A stretch of 64,000 nucleotides of DNA, taken from the NCBI GenBank assembly GCA_028695015.1, contig JAQVJR010000002.1, positions 706-64,705 of the forward strand. Reading direction: 5' to 3'. Source of the DNA: Minisyncoccota bacterium. GTDB lineage: Bacteria; Patescibacteriota; Minisyncoccia; UBA6257. The position numbers and the translations under genes are program-made. The notes under the pieces are model-generated. The model saw only the letters and a list, made by a program, of their open reading frames with translations. It did not search any database and was not told the origin of the DNA. Shown here piece by piece: positions 61,260 to 64,000 of this stretch (positions within the stretch are counted from its first letter, which is position 1; each line of letters starts with the position of its first letter).

Positions 61260-61799
61260 TTAATTACTTTCAATCACGGTTTTTAAAAGTGCTTTATTAT
61301 ATAAATTACCTTTTTGAATTTCATTAATTATTGACTGGTCCAATAAAAGATCAACGACTGCGAATTGAAGATCAGAGTTAAATTGATCTATAAGCCGAAT
61401 GGTTTCCTTCATATCATCTATTGATGCCGAATCTGAGTCTAATTTTAAATATGATTGACCTAATAAAATAGAATCTTTAGCTAGTTTATTTAATTGTTCC
61501 ATGCCTTCGTGGCATGATAAAGTAGACGACTTCCATTTATGCCCATAGTTTATACAATTTATTTCAGAAATATCATTAATTATTTTTTGGCCAAAATTAA
61601 TCATTTCATCCCCTATTTCACTCAAAGAACCCAATACTTCTTTTTCTATTGTGTCTATATAGTGCTCAGCTTGTTGTTGAGTTAATCCTGTTTCTTTTGC
61701 AAAATTCTTAATAATATCTTGCTGGTTAATTGTATAAACAGCCCCACCAATGATTATTGTAACAATTGTTCCAATTATAGCTCCTTTTACATTGTTCAT
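61260..61799 (-). CDS. Hypothetical exported or membrane-anchored protein
   Basis: N-terminal hydrophobic helix; 179 aa. Confidence 0.7.
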   Translation of the reverse strand: MNNVKGAIIGTIVTIIIGGAVYTINQQDIIKNFAKETGLTQQQAEHYIDTIEKEVLGSLSEIGDEMINFGQKIINDISEINCINYGHKWKSSTLSCHEGMEQLNKLAKDSILLGQSYLKLDSDSASIDDMKETIRLIDQFNSDLQFAVVDLLLDQSIINEIQKGNLYNKALLKTVIESN

Positions 61800-62021
61800 A
61801 ATATTCTTTATTAATTATTTAATTTTACTATATATTCAATTATATCATAATCCCATAACCCTCAGAATTAAAAAATAACTCTGTTTTTAACTTTACTATG
61901 GCTCAATTTAAAAATTAAAACATATTAGAGCCTTATTTTATAGATAAATAATTTCTATAAGAAGGAATGATAACTAAAGTTTTGAACTTTAGCTATCTAT
62001 TTAATTTAATACAGACACTAA

Positions 62022-62350
62022 TTACGCACTATTTTTAAGTTTTTTATCTCTTTCTTTCTTTTTTCCGTAACTGTGAGAGCTATCATCTAATTCTATTACT
62101 AATAAAAACTTTAAATTTTCCTTTTCTGTTAAAACAAAATCAACAAATTTTCTGTCTATTTTATTTCGGTATTTATAGTATTTTCTTTTTTTTGCTTTAA
62201 CAAAAAATAAATCAGACAAACTAACCTGAGAAAAAATGTAATATTTATCCTCTATTGCTTTTTCTAAGGCTCTGAAAAAATCTATTTCCGCTCTAGTTAA
62301 AAAATAATCCTTTTTAGTATATGGTAACTTTTTCTCTGCCTCACCTTCAT
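62022..62350 (-). pseudogene. DUF2726 family gene remnant
   Basis: Frame reads LPYTKKDYFLTRAEIDFF…IFSQVSLSD…KFVDFVL…VIELDDSSH…RD, with no ATG/GTG start, no N-terminal TM and an early stop. Confidence 0.72.
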
Positions 62351-62424
62351 TTTGAATGTTGGCAGAATTTATATCGATTAAAAACTGATGTGCCGCTTTA
62401 AGCCAAAAGAATGGTCAGGCATGA

Positions 62425-63999
62425 TTAATCTTCTGCTATAATCAATTTATATCCCTCAAAATCTTTTGACTTTTCGTACTTGAATCGTTCAAAAATCTGA
62501 ATACGAACATGTTCACTCAGGTGCTCGCGTTGTTTCTGTTTATCCCCTATCTTTTTTAACCATTCTGGCGGTTTTTTAATAAATTCCTGCATCAATTCTT
62601 CATTTTCGGAAAAGGCCTGAATATTCATATAGAAAATATCCTCAATAGATTCTTCTTTCTCATTTGTATTGAGCGGAGATAGTTGAATAAGTTTTCCTAT
62701 TTTAGATTTATTCAAAATCAAAATCTGTTTATCAACCTTTCCATGGTATGTTTCGAAAACAGGAATTAATTTTTTATTAAATTCATACCAACCACTAAAT
62801 CCTTTTATATTAAGTTGCTCAACACTTTTTTTCCATTTCGGCTTGAAATTTTTTGAGCCTTCAAAAAACCGCCAGAGTGCAATATTTGTTGCGAAAATTA
62901 CTATATTATTTATATCTTCCATTCTCCTTAATATTGGCCCTAATTTCTCTTTGGTGATTTCTTTACAATTTTTTGCTATGTCATCGAGTAAATAGGAATC
63001 TTCACCAGAGGCAAGGCTATGTCCGTAATTTTCACCCCAACCAATATAATGAACATGCCAATCGTCAAAAAACAAAGCTTTATCATCAACAACATGAATC
63101 CCAAATCGATCTTTTTTGTCGGTTTTCTTTTTTGTTTTATCTTCATAAATAACGAAATACTTTTTAAAAATATCACGTAAATTTGCATCTTCATAAAAAG
63201 CCTTTACCACCTCTGTTTTAAATTCTTGAACTCGTTGTTGGGATATAACTTGTTTTTGTTTATATTTTGTTTCTTCTTGTTCTTGTGCTTTTTTTGCTTT
63301 AATAAGTAATTCTTTAAATATATTGGCTTTATTTATAGCATCATCATTCAAGATAAATCGCCAATTTTCAAAGCTTATTGTAATGTCTTCAAGAGTTTTT
63401 AATAAATTACTTTCGCTTTTTATTAAATCAGCTAAATTCCTTGAATGTGGTAATTTGATTTTTTTAACTTCTTTATCATCTTTCTCTGATAATAAAGAAA
63501 GCGATTTGACTGCGTAAAATTTTTCCAACTTCTCAAAAATTTGTATTAAGTGCACCTGCCCCATTCCTTTCTCAAATATTTCCCAATCAGCCCAGCCCCA
63601 AAAATCCTTCACCTCAAAGTTGTGTACGCAAGAAAATACATCGGTAAGTCGTTCTATTCTTGAAGGAATAGAGATTTGAATGATATTGTAAAATTCCTTA
63701 AGTAATATATCATCCTTGTTCTGTGATAATTTATAAAAAATCCAGCTTGCAAGACCAAAAAACATTTCATCTTTTTTATCCTTTAGAAAATCTGCAATTT
63801 TTTCTGCCTCTTTACTCTTATAGCGATTCATAATATCTAAATTCCTAAAAAGTTTTCCGGTGGTTGATAAATATGTCTTAAAACTTTCAATATCTCTTTC
63901 ATCAAATGAAACCTTGAGCAATCCTTGGAATATCTTTAGAATCGCACACGCAAAACTACGCACTTCTTCCTCTGGGTAATCTTCTTCTTTTTTTAGTTT
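62425..63999 (-). CDS. Large hypothetical protein (5' end outside window)
   Basis: Frame stays open from 62425 to the window end; no recognised motif. Confidence 0.75.
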   Translation of the reverse strand, partial: KLKKEEDYPEEEVRSFACAILKIFQGLLKVSFDERDIESFKTYLSTTGKLFRNLDIMNRYKSKEAEKIADFLKDKKDEMFFGLASWIFYKLSQNKDDILLKEFYNIIQISIPSRIERLTDVFSCVHNFEVKDFWGWADWEIFEKGMGQVHLIQIFEKLEKFYAVKSLSLLSEKDDKEVKKIKLPHSRNLADLIKSESNLLKTLEDITISFENWRFILNDDAINKANIFKELLIKAKKAQEQEETKYKQKQVISQQRVQEFKTEVVKAFYEDANLRDIFKKYFVIYEDKTKKKTDKKDRFGIHVVDDKALFFDDWHVHYIGWGENYGHSLASGEDSYLLDDIAKNCKEITKEKLGPILRRMEDINNIVIFATNIALWRFFEGSKNFKPKWKKSVEQLNIKGFSGWYEFNKKLIPVFETYHGKVDKQILILNKSKIGKLIQLSPLNTNEKEESIEDIFYMNIQAFSENEELMQEFIKKPPEWLKKIGDKQKQREHLSEHVRIQIFERFKYEKSKDFEGYKLIIAED

Positions 64000-64000
64000 T

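Noticed and set aside
62345-62424. Integron attC site at the pseudogene junction
   Set aside because: No convincing RYYYAAC…GTTRRRY pair with an internal palindrome, and no integrase in the window

Overview
Very AT-rich bacterial chromosomal window in the standard genetic code. The gene set and the AT-rich core leaders without Shine-Dalgarno (SD) sites suggest a Patescibacteria/CPR (Parcubacteria-like) organism; this is inference. Housekeeping content: def-fmt, a PGRP-type amidase, the AmmeMemoRadiSam trio, metK under a SAM-I riboswitch, elp3 with queA-tgt-queH, trxB, murD, a heat-shock super-operon with two CIRCE elements, cysS-dnaB-recR, rplU, the mraZ-rsmH-ftsL-ftsI-murF cluster, two tRNAs and several stress and transport genes. 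Accessory content: HTH/Fic and HTH-MNT modules with visible operators, a type I R-M system with fused M-S subunit, an Mrr-like nuclease, a HEPN (DUF3644-like) gene and a DUF2726 pseudogene. The most striking unexplained signals are non-coding. (1) Three predicted tiny RNA genes (22761-22860, 25953-25997, 26068-26107) share one promoter design and a G(CUUG)C-capped long hairpin. (2) Four self-contained cassettes (promoter, boxA-like motif, strong SD, terminator) carry ORFans, micro-peptides and a divergent sigma70 in a window whose core leaders mostly lack SD sites. (3) An AAGGTCG motif recurs in the leaders of six SD-less genes. No CRISPR array, rRNA, integrase or transposase was seen.
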